A stretch of DNA of 59,815 nucleotides, the filler included, from Sphacelaria rigidula (lineage: Eukaryota), in the NCBI GenBank assembly GCA_964200075.2. It is 6 parts of 6 records of this genome, joined end to end, with 100 filler letters (N's around TTAATTAATTAA, not from the genome) between each part and the next. Parts side by side here need not be neighbours in the genome. Positions count along the whole stretch, not along the records: positions 1 to 9,887 come from CAXNAA020007553.1; positions 9,988 to 19,873 come from CAXNAA020007554.1; 4 more parts are not named here. The stretch is one strand, 5' to 3'. A program made the position numbers and the translations under genes. The notes under the pieces are model-generated. The model made no database searches, was not told where the DNA came from, and saw only the letters and a program-made list of their open reading frames with translations. Of the stretch, positions 1 through 12,650 are shown piece after piece; position 1 is the first letter of the stretch, and each line of letters opens with the position of its first letter.

Positions 1-301
1 GGAAAGCACGGCTTTTGAGTTGAACCTCATTTTTTTTTTCAACCCCATTTTCGAGAATCGGCTGTTATATGCATGATCGTAGCATAGCTCTTCGTATATG
101 TACTGTATACATAACATGCATATAGTGATCGGTGGGTCTGTATCCGGTCGAGAATGCTATCCTGGTTGGATAATTTTCGAGCATAATCGAGCATGAATTC
201 CACGTTGCGAGCATAAATCGAGCAAAGTTTGTTTGAACATACGAGCATGAATCGAGCATAAATTCCACTTTACGACCACTATTTTTAGTGATATTAGAGA
301 T

Positions 302-492
302 TTTCGGAAAACCCTTTCTTGTCATTTTAGAGTGCAAATATCTCAGGATCAGAGTGTAACGAAAAATTAGTTCCCACTCCGTCTAATGTGGTATCCCCTT
401 GACTTCTTTTCGAGGAGTTGTTTTTTATTCATCTACACTCTGCTCCTGAGATATTTGCACTCTGAAATGAAAAAAAAAAGCGTGTTCCGAAA
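302..492. repeat. Imperfect inverted repeat (hairpin), ~65-bp arms, probably part of a non-autonomous DNA transposon
   Basis: 302-366 (tttcggaaa...agagtgcaaatatctcaggatcagagtgta) matches the reverse complement of ~424-492 (tacactctgctcctgagatatttgcactct...ttccgaaa). Confidence 0.75.
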
Positions 493-2882
493 CTCTCTGT
501 CACGAGCATAAAGAAGGACCTTCCTAGCATCACAAGTAGAAGACTATTTGTAAGATAGGAGTCAAGTGCCGCTTCGTGCCTTTCGGCCGCATGTTTTTAA
601 TCTCAAACGATTGTTTCATACCTCGTTGCATTCTTCTCCGCGCGCCGCTAGTTATATAATTTTGAGTTGAAGCCTTCAAGGAACGTGAATGCGTGGCCTA
701 TGAGACCGTCAAAAACAAATTCGACCGCATTTTTTCGATCGAAAACAAAAGTGCTAAGACACGCCCTCAGAGCCCCAAAGAGTCGATGGATCAAAGGTGC
801 TTGGCCCTAAAGAGGCAGCAGAGCTAGGAAAAGTGCACCGAAGGCCTTCTGCAGATGACCTTCTGCAATTCTGAGGTTCTATTCTGACCGACCGGACGAA
901 CCCTTTGTTTCTGACTGGCCGGGTAGATTGTTCACTAAATCGCACTTCCTGAATCCAACCACCCTGGGATTGATTCGGCTACGTAGCTCTTTTTCATCGT
1001 CTAACTCTCCCAAACGCCAACTAACCTTCACCAGGTGAAGCTGGCGGAAGCGCGTGACTTCGTCGTGTCAGACGGCGGTTTACCCGGAAGCGGTGATCAA
1101 ATAACCGAGACGGCGAGCGTTTTCGAAGCTATTTGCGAAAGACGCAAGCCTCACGTGCCAGCGAACTGGCCGGACACGCGCCAGCAACCTCCAGCTGGTT
1201 TTGCTTACGCGAGAATCTGTAGGGATCTCGTGGAGGTGCCACGTTACTTGCTCCGTAGACGACCACAGCCTGCGGACGATAACGCCCGAACAATCTGCGG
1301 CTTTGCGTGATCCAGCTGTCTTCATGGTTCCTCACGGAAATAGTAGAACTCTGCAGGCCGCCGTGGTTGATTGAATTTTGGGAGGTACTTGTCTTGACTT
1401 TTCTTACCCCGGGGCGGGAGTTTGTCCGTCATGCGGGATCATCCCATCGGACATGTGTTTTTGGAATTTCCTGCCTTTCTCGGCTATCAACGCCCCCGAC
1501 CGCCTATTTATTTCGTCGAGTGCTGCTGCCGTCGACGCAGTCGTTGGCTTCCCCCCCGACGCGTCCGAGACGCTCTCTTTAGGCGTAGAGTACTCCTTGA
1601 TCTCGGTTGTGTAACTCATCTGGGTGGGCGCCCACTACGTCACGCACTTCCGTTTGCAGTGGAAATGGCTCAAGTACGATTGCACTACTGGGGGTGATTC
1701 TAGTGCGTTTGCCTACTGGCATTCCGGGAGGCACGTGTTGTACGTGTACGTAAAGACGAATCTACAAGTAGTGGCCCGAGATAGATCGAGGGAACCTAGC
1801 GGGAACTTGCCGAGCGACGACTCCGGTCTCAGCTCCGCCTTCCTGCGCACCCTTGCGCACGTGGAAGAACGTCACTCGGACTAGAACGATATTGTCTGGA
1901 ACTTGCGTGGTGCGATGCGCGAAAGAGTTGTCATCGTCAATCTTTGACCCTTACTTTATTTCGTCCCTTCTTCTGCTTGTATGCCGTTCTTGCTTTTCTT
2001 CATTGAGGGCGTCTGTCTTTTCTGCCCCTTTCCCATTCCATTTCAATGTGAGAAAGGATAGGAAAATTGGAAATGTGATGCGAAGCAGAGCGATTCATTG
2101 AAAGACAAGGCAATGATGCCGCCATCGCTACTACTGTTCTTTGTCACACACATGCCAGCAAGGGCGGTGGTGCGGCCAAAACTAATAGATGCAAGTTGAA
2201 CTTGAGGGGTGTTATTCATCATTGAGTTTACCCACATCTGATCCTCGAGGTGCCCGACGAGAACAGCCTGCCACACGCCAGTTGAAGTGGGTGCATGAGA
2301 GAGCAAACACTTGTAGAGAACGTTTTGACATGCGAAGTGAAAAAGATACGTATGGTGGTGACCTAACTGTTGCTAGCGTGGCGCATAGGAGTCCGTCCTT
2401 GCTGCAATCTGGAGCACACGCTGGTCGCGTGAACACCTGGGTACACTATGAGTAGCTTTCCAGAATTATTCCAATGTGAGGAGGTCATGCATTACAAGCT
2501 GGGACAAGAGTGCTCTACGATCAACCACGTGTCGTTGCATTCGAGACCCACGCCATCAACCGGCGACAGCAAAGGTCTTGTGGCTTTCACGCAACGCTGT
2601 CGGTAGTACGGCAGGCAAACCGGATCATAGCTACCTTTCGTTGCTACCGTACTCACTCCCAACCGGAGTTCGCAACGGGTGTGAAAGCTAAACAGTTGAT
2701 TTTTCTCAACTTCATCCACACAATTCAAACGACTCTCAATACCTGAGGGAAGGTGGCCACCTCGGGTCCGCCTCAATACGCAAAGATACCGTCGAACAGC
2801 AATACCAAACTTTTCTGGGACCGGCATCAGCCAGTCCGTGGAGAACGGAACAGAAATCGACAAGTTACCGTTCGTATTAGAA

Positions 2883-3580
2883 AGGGTAATTATATTTCCA
2901 AGTCGCGACTTGGACATAGCGACTTGGACATAGCTTATGTCCAAGCCGGGACTTGGAAATACTTATGATCACTACCGGCTGCGATTTGACTACCCGCCCG
3001 CGTTCATTTCATGTGCCTTGCATCGACACCACAGCACCTGCAATACACTCACACAGTCCGTGGCCTCTTTCAAGCCATCGCACGGTGCCAACGGCCTCGT
3101 AGCGAGCGAGAGACGCGCCTGCTCCGCAGTGCCAAAAAATACAGCCAACCGACTGGAGGTGGACATAGGCTATGTCCAATGGCGAATTGAACATAGCTCA
3201 TGCCCACCAACGACTATTGGAATACCTGCCCACGCTCGTCCCATGTGCCTTGTATCGACACTACAGCACCTGCAATACACCCACACAGCCCGTGGCCATC
3301 GTTCAAGCCATCGCACGTTGCAAACGGGTTGACGGTATTCTTGGCACTGAGCAGCAGGCGTGTCTCTCGCTCGCTACGAGACCGTTGGCACCGTGTGATG
3401 GCTTGAACGATGGCCACGGACTGTGTGAGTGCATTGCAGGTGCTGAGGTGTCGATGAAAGGCACATAAGACGAAGGCGGGCGGGTAGTCAAATCGCAGCT
3501 GGTGGTGGACGTAAGTATTTCCAAGTCGCGGCTTGGACATATGCTTTGTCCGGGTCGCGACTTGGAAATAGCATTACTCT
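2883..3580. mobile_element. Foldback/MITE-like non-autonomous element with long (~250 bp) terminal inverted repeats
   Basis: Left end agggtaattatatttccaagtcgcgac...tgcgatttgactacccgcccgc is mirrored by right end gcgggcgggtagtcaaatcgca...gtcgcgacttggaaatagcattactct. A third internal copy of the subterminal unit lies at ~3240-3330 and a related fragment at ~9625-9670. Confidence 0.8.
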
Positions 3581-4195
3581 CAAGAAATAAGGGGGAAAGG
3601 AGCGCTCAGACGCAAGGTAGACGAGGAAGAACCCCTGAACATGTACCGGGGGTTGAGAGAGGGGATACGGATGAAATCATATCTGCATGGCCCCATGAAC
3701 GCGGCGAAAAAAGGGAAACTGCGATTTCGGGTGGGGGACCTAGACCTGCCAGAAAGAAGAGAGAAATGTACCAGTCGTCGTGTGGAGGTGGAAGCAGATA
3801 CACAGAACTGCCCCTGTGGCAAAGTAATAGAGAGCAGAAGTCATGTAGTGGTGGAATGTGAACTATACAAGGACGAACGGGACGTGCCAGAGGGGGAAAT
3901 GCGGGACATGAACGGCGGTGGCATGAAATCATTTGATGCATTAGACAGTAGTGAGAAAACGATGGTTTTACTAGGAGATAAATGGTGGCCTCAGACGGCG
4001 AAACGGGACGTGGATAAGATATGTACAAGGTTTTTGTGTCATGTACGGAAGAAACGTAATGCGCGCCGGAATCTTGAAAGATGTCTCTACTAGAAGAAGG
4101 AACGGTGCTCCATCTCGAAAGGGATGCATGGTCACTGGTCAAAAGGCTAAGGCAAGCAACAATGAAGTAGGCCCCTCCGTCCCCTCCCCCCTCCC
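3581..4195 (+). mobile_element. 5'-truncated non-LTR retrotransposon (LINE): C-terminus of ORF2 with CCHC zinc knuckle, 3' UTR and C-rich tail
   Basis: ORF 3641-4093 has KLRFRVGDLDLPER...CPCGK-x-ESRSHVVVEC, the CCHC pattern typical of LINE ORF2 C-termini. The same 3' terminus recurs twice at 45399-45543. Confidence 0.75.
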
Positions 4196-6026
4196 TCAAA
4201 GGAGTGATGCGTTGGTCCCGCTGTCGTATCTTCTCTCCATCATGGTGAAAATATCCCAATCCAAGATTTTGGAGTATGAGCCCGAATCCTCTTCCCGTGT
4301 ACCTATTGTGTGGTCACGCTTTGAATCCCTCCCCTTCCTCGGGAGGAGTCGGTAATCCCAAGAGGTCAACCCATGTCGCCCCCGGTACATGTCTCGCACT
4401 TCGGAACCGCGGGTTGGATCAGCACTCCCGTGTTCCTTGATGCGTGATCCGTGCACAGGGACAGCTGGACACGACTGATGAAGTCGATCAAACGACACGG
4501 CTGAGCCGATCATGTTGTTGTAGAAGAATAGTATTACATAGCTTGACTTAGCAAGTCAAGGAAGGAAAAGAAGGAAGAGAAAGAAGTGAACTCGTGTGGC
4601 TACCCAACACCGGGGTAAGTGGAGCCCCCCAAGCAGATATTGCGTACGTGAGTACAAGGCATGCGCCTACTATGGTATCAAATCCCACCTCATGTAACTG
4701 TCTCAACCCGTGAAGACAGGTACCTTTGTACCGTAGTTTGTCAGTACTGTAAACTACACTGAAAAAGCTGTTCACATCAACATCCCGTACCCCGTCAACT
4801 CTCGTCAAAGAAACTTTCGTTGAACTACTCAAGCACTCAGGTTGTCAGCGACGGAAACCAAATACTTCTAAAGCAAAACAGTCGCCTATGTCGTGAATCT
4901 AACCGGCATCCTTCCGGCCTAAATGATTTCCGCTTCATCAAGTACACCACCGGGGCCTATCATGGATCGTGTGCGTAACACGACGTGTAATAGCATCATG
5001 TGCAACACGGGTTTATATGTACTTCGGATCTTTGTAGTGGCTATCCCTCCCACATGCTCCTAGATTGCGAAATTACGGGTGGTTAGCTCACTGTTTTGAA
5101 CGTGTTATTGTGCTCTCGTGCTACAGCCGAGAGGCCGTACGCACACGACACATTTGCCTTCCATACTGAAAGTGCAGTACTGTACCTTACTTAACACGGG
5201 GATTTCGCAGATGACCGTACTTGGACAGACTGTACTCTCCGCCGACAAGCTAGCCGTTATTCTCCGCTGATAATTTCACCGCTTTTTTCCGCCTCCTCAC
5301 TCTTCGGCGAAGATCTTCCTTTCCAGCAGCGTGGAAATTCGGGAAAAAGAAGCGAGTTGTGCGGCGGCACGGGTGCACGACGGATGCGGGAGGGGGTAAT
5401 TGAATATGCTCGCGCTCCGTCATGAACAAGATTGATGTAGGATATAGTGCGGCACAAATAGCATCAACCATGTTGCGATTGCGGAGGGTTAGGTAACCAA
5501 TCAGAGGAATAATGTCTAATGACGTAGGTTATGCGAGTATAATCACGTGTGCAGTCCGGGCAATCGAGTCGCCTGACGCCCACTGTCATTCAATCAGTCA
5601 GGTCGGGTTCTGGGTGCTATCTGTCTGCCTTGCTCTGGGGGTTTGCACAAGTGTATGTGGTGAGTCCGTGTGTGTGGTATTGAGTGGGAGAGATTGAACG
5701 TGTGTTATCGTGCGACTGAATGAGGTTGATTAGAATATGATTGAGTAAACAGGGTGAAGAGAAATAATCAAAACGTGTTCTAGACTACTATTATCTACCT
5801 GAACCAAGGTGCTGACTGCTGTTCCCGCACTTGAGTTGTGTGGACGCTTACCCCCGCATCCGAGCGGTTTATTACGCTAGCGGAAGAGATTTACCGCCGT
5901 TGCAGTAGGGTTTGAAATTGGAGAGGGTTTAAGCAAGAGGAGAGTTTAAGTCGAAGAGGTTTTGAGAGAGGTGTATGAAGGTTTTCAGGTTTGAGTAAAG
6001 GTTGACAATTCAACTAGGCTTTAATA

Positions 6027-8650
6027 TGGAAGAGTATCAGCACCCCACGACCATGGAAGAGCAAGTGAAATTTCTAACTGAACAGATAAACAGAATGCAA
6101 CAGACAATGAACAGTACACCGGTGATGTCTGCCAAACAGCACAGCAAGCACCGTTTCACAACCCCAATTCCCACCGTGTTCGCAGCAACAAAAGCATTCC
6201 GCCTTGGTATGAAAAAGCTGTAACATCCACTAATGCCAGGGACAGGTTCGATGTGTTTTACATCCAAATGTGTGCATAGTTCAAGGATGAAGACTGCTAT
6301 GGCGCTTTGTCAGTTGACAACCCCATCAGAACACATCGTGAAAACGAGGAGGATTTGCAAGCACATTTCGGAAACGTAGCTGTCGACAAAGCCAAAAAGG
6401 CCATGAAGATAATTCTCGATAAGGTAATCTATCCCCCCTTAGTAAGGCACATCGATATGCTTGCGAACCCAAGCCAAGCATGAGATTACATCGTCAAGTA
6501 CTACAGGATTCCAGGAGCCAAGGAAAGCCAAGTTGGAGTACGAATGGCGAACCTTGCAGATGGCTAACGGTGAATTGCCGATGAACTTCCTCTCTCGCGG
6601 GCACAGTTCATTCGCACGAAGCGCAAAGAACTCAATGTAGTTCTCTCGGACTCCGTGGCGAACAGGCATATTGTTCGATGCCTTTCGTCAGAATACGAGC
6701 ACGAACGTAGGAATTTATTAGCACTACGCCAGATAGGCATAGAAGAGGTCACCCGACAACTAGAAAATGCGTGCGCTGAAGCGCAATTGACAAGAGAGAC
6801 GCAAAAGACAACCTTGAACCATGCACTTTCCTCCTCTAGTACTAATGGTGGAAGGGGTCATGGTTCACCAGGCAGAAGACAGAACGGGGGCGGGCGAAAT
6901 TCCCACAATTCCCAAAATCAACACAACTACCACAACATCCCTCCAAACCGCACCAATGCCCCACAGCAATCCAGTTTCCATTCCAATCATGGCCCACAGC
7001 AACACTTGGTCATGGTGGTCGAGGGGGGTGGTACTCCCTGACACAACATCAATGGCGACCGCACAGTCCGTGGAATCGGTCGGGACCTGGCCGTGGTATG
7101 GTACACCAACCCAATCAACGAACCTACCAAATTCGTTGTCCATTTATCTGTCCTAACTGCCCTCCTCGCCAGCACCACGCCCAGCAGACCACACCCAGCA
7201 GCACCACACCCACCAATCAACATACACAGGCCCAGGTCACCACCGTTCCTCAGGTAATCAGGGGCCAACACACCACCAACAAAAGTCCAACCACACAACC
7301 AACCATACATCATCACAATCCCATTACCCGCATCCACAACACCAAATCCACAACCATCCACCACAAGCCAACACCGTCCAGCAGACTGATCCCGCTCACC
7401 AGCACCATGAGAGCATTGATAACTTTGTCTATGAGGACGATGCTTTCAACGATGCCGGTTTTGCCCACACAGTACAGTACCATACCTCTCAACATCAACT
7501 GCAGCCGCAACCTACCACCATCACCGAACATCTCCCCTGCTACCCATCACAACCTCCACCGCCAGACCAATCCCACCATGATCCTTCCGCTGCATGACCA
7601 CCATCATACTCGTCACTCTACCACGAGTCATCCGACCAATGTTCCCATCCGGTGAACCCCCACCGAACGTCAACTGCCGAGCTGCCGCGTGCTGATAATC
7701 CTGGTGGTAATGTGTACATGGCGGTTTCTGCCGCACCAAAACAATCAGTTTTTCAGTTTGGGTAATTTCGATGTCAAGGGTAGGATGTTGCTTCAGATGA
7801 AATCTCCGCCCCTTTCTCATTCAGAAATATGGATTGCAGACTCAGGTACATCGCACCACATTACAGGCAACATGACCAACGTTTTCGATACTCGTCCTTC
7901 ACCAGTGGGGGAAGAAAATGTTGTTCTAGGGGATGGTAAAGTGCTACCGGTTAAGGCTGTAGGGAGTCTCAAGTTGACATTTTATCAAGCACGTGCGAAC
8001 AACTCCCCCGATGTTGATGCAGTATGTGTACTGCTGACGGATGTGTATGTTCTGGAGGGAATCCAGTTCAACCTATTCTCTATCCACAGGGCTCAAAAGA
8101 GCCAACAAGTCATCTGCGATAAAGTAGGTGTGCATCTATTCGACGGCAGACTACGTTTCGATTACAACGACCGTTCATCATCACAATTTGCCACACGCTT
8201 GCCATCAACCTACGGACAGCTTCAACTAGTCACTCCTATTGTCGCCACTGAGAGTGACACTACATCCATCCCACAATAAGCTGGTGTTAGTAAGATTCCC
8301 TCGGGTTTTGCTTCTGATCAACAGCGAGTTAGTGTCAGTGAGGTTCCCCCGGATTTTGATTCTGCTCCCCAACGAGCTAGTGCCCGTAAGTTTCCCCCAG
8401 ATTTTGCTTCTGCTCAACAGCGAGTTAATATCGGTAAGATTCCCACAAATTTTGCTTCTATTCCACAGCGAGTCGATGTCAGTAAGATTCCCTCTGATAC
8501 TGTTCCAATTACACGAGAAGCAATTGTCAGCGAGTTTCCCCTGGCTCCGGATTCCACTCCACAGCGAGCGAATGTCAGTAAGATCCCCCCGAATTCTGCT
8601 TCTACCCCACAGCCTGTAAGTGTCGACTAAAATTTCCGCAAATATTCTGG
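6027..8650 (+). mobile_element. Decayed Ty1/copia LTR retrotransposon fragment (gag + aspartic protease); integrase and RT not seen
   Basis: ORF 7689-8279 has the copia protease signature WIADSGTSHHITG...VVLGDGKVLPVKAVGSL...LTDVYVLEGIQFNLFS. Upstream gag-like pieces (RHIVRCLSSEYEHERRNL) are broken by stops and frameshifts. Confidence 0.85.
8272..8645 (+). repeat. 48-bp tandem repeat (~7.5 copies) in the copia pol frame
   Basis: The cagcgag-like anchor recurs at 8322, 8370, 8418, 8466, 8562 and 8610. In the protease frame it reads as a 16-aa unit, roughly PQRVSVSKIPPDFASA. Confidence 0.85.
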
Positions 8651-9887
8651 TACTCGGTTTTCAAGTGTTGGGGATTTGAGTGAGGAGGAAAGAAGGTACA
8701 TGGCAGTGGCACCCAACCAACGACCCTTCACGAACGGCTAACCACAACGTAAAATGGGCATCACCGACAGCGTCGCGTGGAAGGTAACTCGTCAGCAATT
8801 TCCCACAGCGACGTCGCTCGACGGCGGGGGGGGGGAAGCAACATAGACCGCGTCGCCAACACCGCCGGTATACCAACACTATATCGTCACCCTTCCCCGT
8901 TGCCGCATCACCACCGTTACCACCTACTACCACAGCTACACTTCCTACTCCTACAGCCCCGCGGTTAACTTCCGCTCCAACAGTCCCGCGGTTGCACCAC
9001 ACGCGACAACCATCTTCATTCCCAGTCCCTTTATCATCGCCGACAACACCGCAGTCGCCGCCACTACCACCTCCTCTGCCAACAACATCGTCAACAATTT
9101 AACGACAACCGCTGCCGCTGCCGCTACCGCTACCACTGACCCTGTCAGCGAAAATCTTTTCACGCATGGCGCGGTGCCGGTCATATTGATAAGGGGGGCG
9201 CGTAGGGACTCCCATGTGGTTGAGTACGGACAGTCAAGGAACCGGGGGGGCAAAGAAGCAGGAGGGCACGAAAATGGCATGGAAATACGGAGAAGTATTT
9301 TGATTGGAATGGAGCGCGAAGATGGATTCACGGCTTTTGACCAAAGGAGAAACGCAGAGGTCGTAGATGGATGTTGACATCTCCAACTTATCAGAAGGTT
9401 TATACTTTACATGATTCTTGTTCGAGGTTTGACACCTATCGGTTATGAATGAGGATAAATTTATGCGACTAATGCCTGGCAGTGATGATTTATTTGATGG
9501 GTCTTGCTCTTGACGTCAACGTTGACGCACTGTGTTACATCCGCCAACGTTGACGTAATCTGTTACATCCGTCAGCGTTCAGCATCCGCCCCACAAGCCC
9601 CGCATGGACACAGTAACACATGGAAAACACTCACACAGTCTCTAGCTATCGTTCAAGCCATCGCACGGAGCAAACTGACCCGTAGCGGATGAGATACGTG
9701 CTTAGCTGTCACAACGTTGTGCTACACACGATGCGCTGATAACAGATAGGTGATCGAAAAGGCCGCAAGTTCGAATAGACAAGCCCAGGCGCCGGTCGAC
9801 ATAAGATGAAGTTGTCGCCGTGAAAGCTGAGGTCATGGGCTGGGTATAGGCAGCGGGAAGACTTGATTCGTATCCGTACTTTTCACA

Positions 9888-9987
9888 NNNNNNNNNNNNN
9901 NNNNNNNNNNNNNNNNNNNNNNNNNNNNNNNTTAATTAATTAANNNNNNNNNNNNNNNNNNNNNNNNNNNNNNNNNNNNNNNNNNNN
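9888..9987. other. Artificial contig linker N44-TTAATTAATTAA-N44
   Basis: 100-bp spacer with stop codons in all six frames; identical spacer occurs five times. Confidence 0.98.
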
Positions 9988-10204
9988 CGGCTGATGCACC
10001 CACATACACCGAAAGGTGTAGACTGGTGCCCAGAATAAATGGGACGACAACACAACACAACATCTCGACTTCGAGAGCTGGGCTTTCAAATTCGACAGGG
10101 AGAATCGCTACTGTTGTGGGGCATGGTGAAAAAAAGTAAGTTTGAGGTGATAATGGGCCTTCTACATACAGATCCGCTGATAAACTGTCCCAGATCCCGG
10201 ACCG

Positions 10205-10350
10205 GTCGCCCCGGTGGTTCAGTTGGTAACCTCGAGACCTTCTGGTGACAGGTGGGTCTTGGGTTCAAATCTCGGAGCGACCTGGGATATTTTCTCACAC
10301 CATGCCAAACAGTGGAGAACGACTCTGTCGTGGGGACACAAATGGCGACT
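10205..10350 (+). mobile_element. tRNA-derived SINE head (RNA pol III A and B boxes)
   Basis: A box tggttcagttgg at 10215-10226 and B box ggttcaaatct at 10262-10272 with tRNA-like spacing; no convincing cloverleaf. Confidence 0.6.
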
Positions 10351-10353
10351 CAA

Positions 10354-10575
10354 CCCTGAGACCGCGATGTGGGTAGTTCATCTGCATCACTATTACCTTC
10401 TTCAAGTGAAAATTGATGCCGATTCCGCAGGTGACGTACCCTCGCGGTCAAAGGATTAACCCTTATTAGACCATGGTGCGGTAGCAGTACGGGTAATCCA
10501 TCTGGACCACGCGTACTTTTTTTACGTGAAAAGTGATGCTGATTCAGCAGATGACCTACCCCCGCGGTCTAAGGG
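10354..10575. mobile_element. Two tandem ~100-115-bp TTAA-targeting (piggyBac-type) MITEs
   Basis: 10354-10455 and 10460-10575 each have CCCT..AGACC...GGTC.AAGG(G) termini and share a central TTAA at 10456-10459. Confidence 0.7.
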
Positions 10576-10579
10576 TTTA

Positions 10580-10792
10580 CGGTCGACGAGGGAGAGGGAC
10601 TGCTGAACCCTTCTCGCGATAAAAAATAAAGGCAGTCACCGCAGAAGGGAAATGGAGTACTAAAAACAGATGAAGAAGAAAAATCTTCTGTGTTGGCATT
10701 CCTCCTGTGTAACCCTGGCCTGTGCGTCCACAGGTACCAAAAGGTGTAGACCGGCGTCCAGGATAGATGGGACGACAACACACACACACACA
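10580..10792 (+). mobile_element. Dispersed SINE/LINE 3'-end repeat ending in a (CA)n tail
   Basis: Ends aaaggtgtagac...gggacgacaacacacacacac; a second copy of this end is at 9988-10062. Confidence 0.6.
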
Positions 10793-12650
10793 GATATCCC
10801 GGAAGGTTGCCGCCGACAAAAGTATGAGTGCCCACTGTAATTCCAATCGTTGACAGTGCCTCAGTGGCATCCACACCAGCATTTCAGCATTTTCCCGTTG
10901 ATGACGGGATATAACACCCCCGGACAACGCTTTCTTTCAACCTTCTTGGATTCGCGACGAGGGAGGTTTTTATTGTCCAGGAATACCCCTTGTATCAGCA
11001 GCTTTGTACGGTATATCTTCCTCTGATCCACGATTCCAACGACAGGGGCATGTTCAGGTCCGTGTTGAAGTACGAATATATTTGCACAACAGCGCAGTTA
11101 TTAGGGGGCACGAGAATCATTTTTGCATCGGGATAGACTTCGTGCACGATACTAGTGTTCAGGGCAATCGTGAGTGCTGTGTTCAGCAGGAACACTGGGC
11201 AATACGCGATGTTTATCTGTATGGGAATGACCATGCGGTACGACTTATTTCGGTACACTACCAGAGGCATCTTGTCGAAGAGCTCGCTTGCAAGCAGCAA
11301 CGATACTCACGCTCTGTACTTCGCAGTGTTAAGTAAAACGCGTGCACGCGGTGCACTTACATGTGTGAAACGTCACGGCCGTGCAAGGGTTGCGGCTGCA
11401 GTCCATTCCATTTTTTGTAAGTTGATTTCGTTGACAGGCGGTCATACTCGGAACAGTTTTCAAACCCTCTGCTTTTGAGGCTGACACGCCCGACATACTT
11501 GCATGTGTGTTGAAGGCTTGTTCTCCCGGCTGGCTGTTACGCATGGCATATATTGCAGTACATCACATTGCATTGCTGTCAGCATGCATTACTCGTAACT
11601 CTGGGTTTCGACATCCTTATAATCAGTGTCGTCTTTGACGATGAAAGCACTGTATTGTACTGTACCGCACGATCGGCTGTGGGCGTCGATTTGGCGCGCG
11701 GAACGTTCCAGCAGGTGGGTTGCAAAGCTGGACAGGCACATGTCAGAAGTTCCATTAATCCTCTCAGGTCGGCGTGGAAAGGAGCGGTACGCGTCGAGAG
11801 CTCTCAGCACCCGAACATCAATAGCGACGTTTCTCCACGGAACATACCCTATTGTCTAACTTCGTCACCACTCACTTCACGTTCCGTGTCTCCATCCACG
11901 GCCGTGCTGATCGCCTAACCGCAACCTAATGTCAACATACATACGCTGCTACCGTCGATCTGTTGAAGAGGGGTACAACAACAACCTACGAGGCCTATAA
12001 GCAATCCGACAGGAAACACATTGAATGCTGCATCTGTCACGCGGCCATTCTTACTATCAAGCAACTCGTTTCTGCGGCCATGACACATCTCCAACGTACC
12101 GTACCACCCAGGCACATGTGGTCAACATAAGACAGCACAGACAACACACTCCGTGCGGTACTAAGCTGCTCGGGGGGATGGGCCGACATTCAAACCAAAT
12201 GTATGGCAGTTAGATAATTATGTGACATGCCGGTGGTTCAATGACTACAGCAGACTACAGTTGTAATAATCTTCAACTGTCTGTACCGAACTGGGGTACG
12301 GGACGGTAGGCACAGCCGTTGGCAATTTGGTTTCGAAGTCGGGGCACATCACGAGAGCACCCAGCCTTTACCACAAGCGCATGAAGAAGTCATGCGTAAA
12401 TCATGTGAGTAGGGTTAGTTCCCCATAAATATTTGGGCGTGCGTCGTGACGCAGAGCGATGGGAGGAAGGAAGACAGCATGCACAGCTCCTGGACAAAAG
12501 AGCTCTTGGAGCGCACAGACGAGTAACATACCAAAGAACCCAGGAACGTCAAAACATGTTTCACGACGACTGTCCTCTCACGCAAGAAAAACCGAGACAC
12601 GGACATCATACACCAAGCGAAGTGTGTACTCAGCAATAAGATGGACGCAC

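Noticed and set aside
754-1884. Possible gag-like remnant on the minus strand (MSYTTEIKEYSTPKES...)
   Set aside because: Short broken frames with no diagnostic motif.
4196-4513. Possible DIRS/Ngaro reverse transcriptase remnant (KILDWDIFTM)
   Set aside because: Only a weak resemblance to an LGWxIDT-type motif, with no YxDD; too decayed to support.
5471-5905. 5' LTR of the copia element
   Set aside because: TG...CA ends can be drawn, but no matching second LTR or clear primer-binding site was found.
9932-9943. TTAATTAATTAA as a biological palindrome or target site
   Set aside because: It is centred in identical N-padded spacers and is a synthetic six-frame stop linker.
10205-10285. tRNA gene
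   Set aside because: A and B boxes are present, but I could not build convincing acceptor and anticodon stems; treated as a SINE head.
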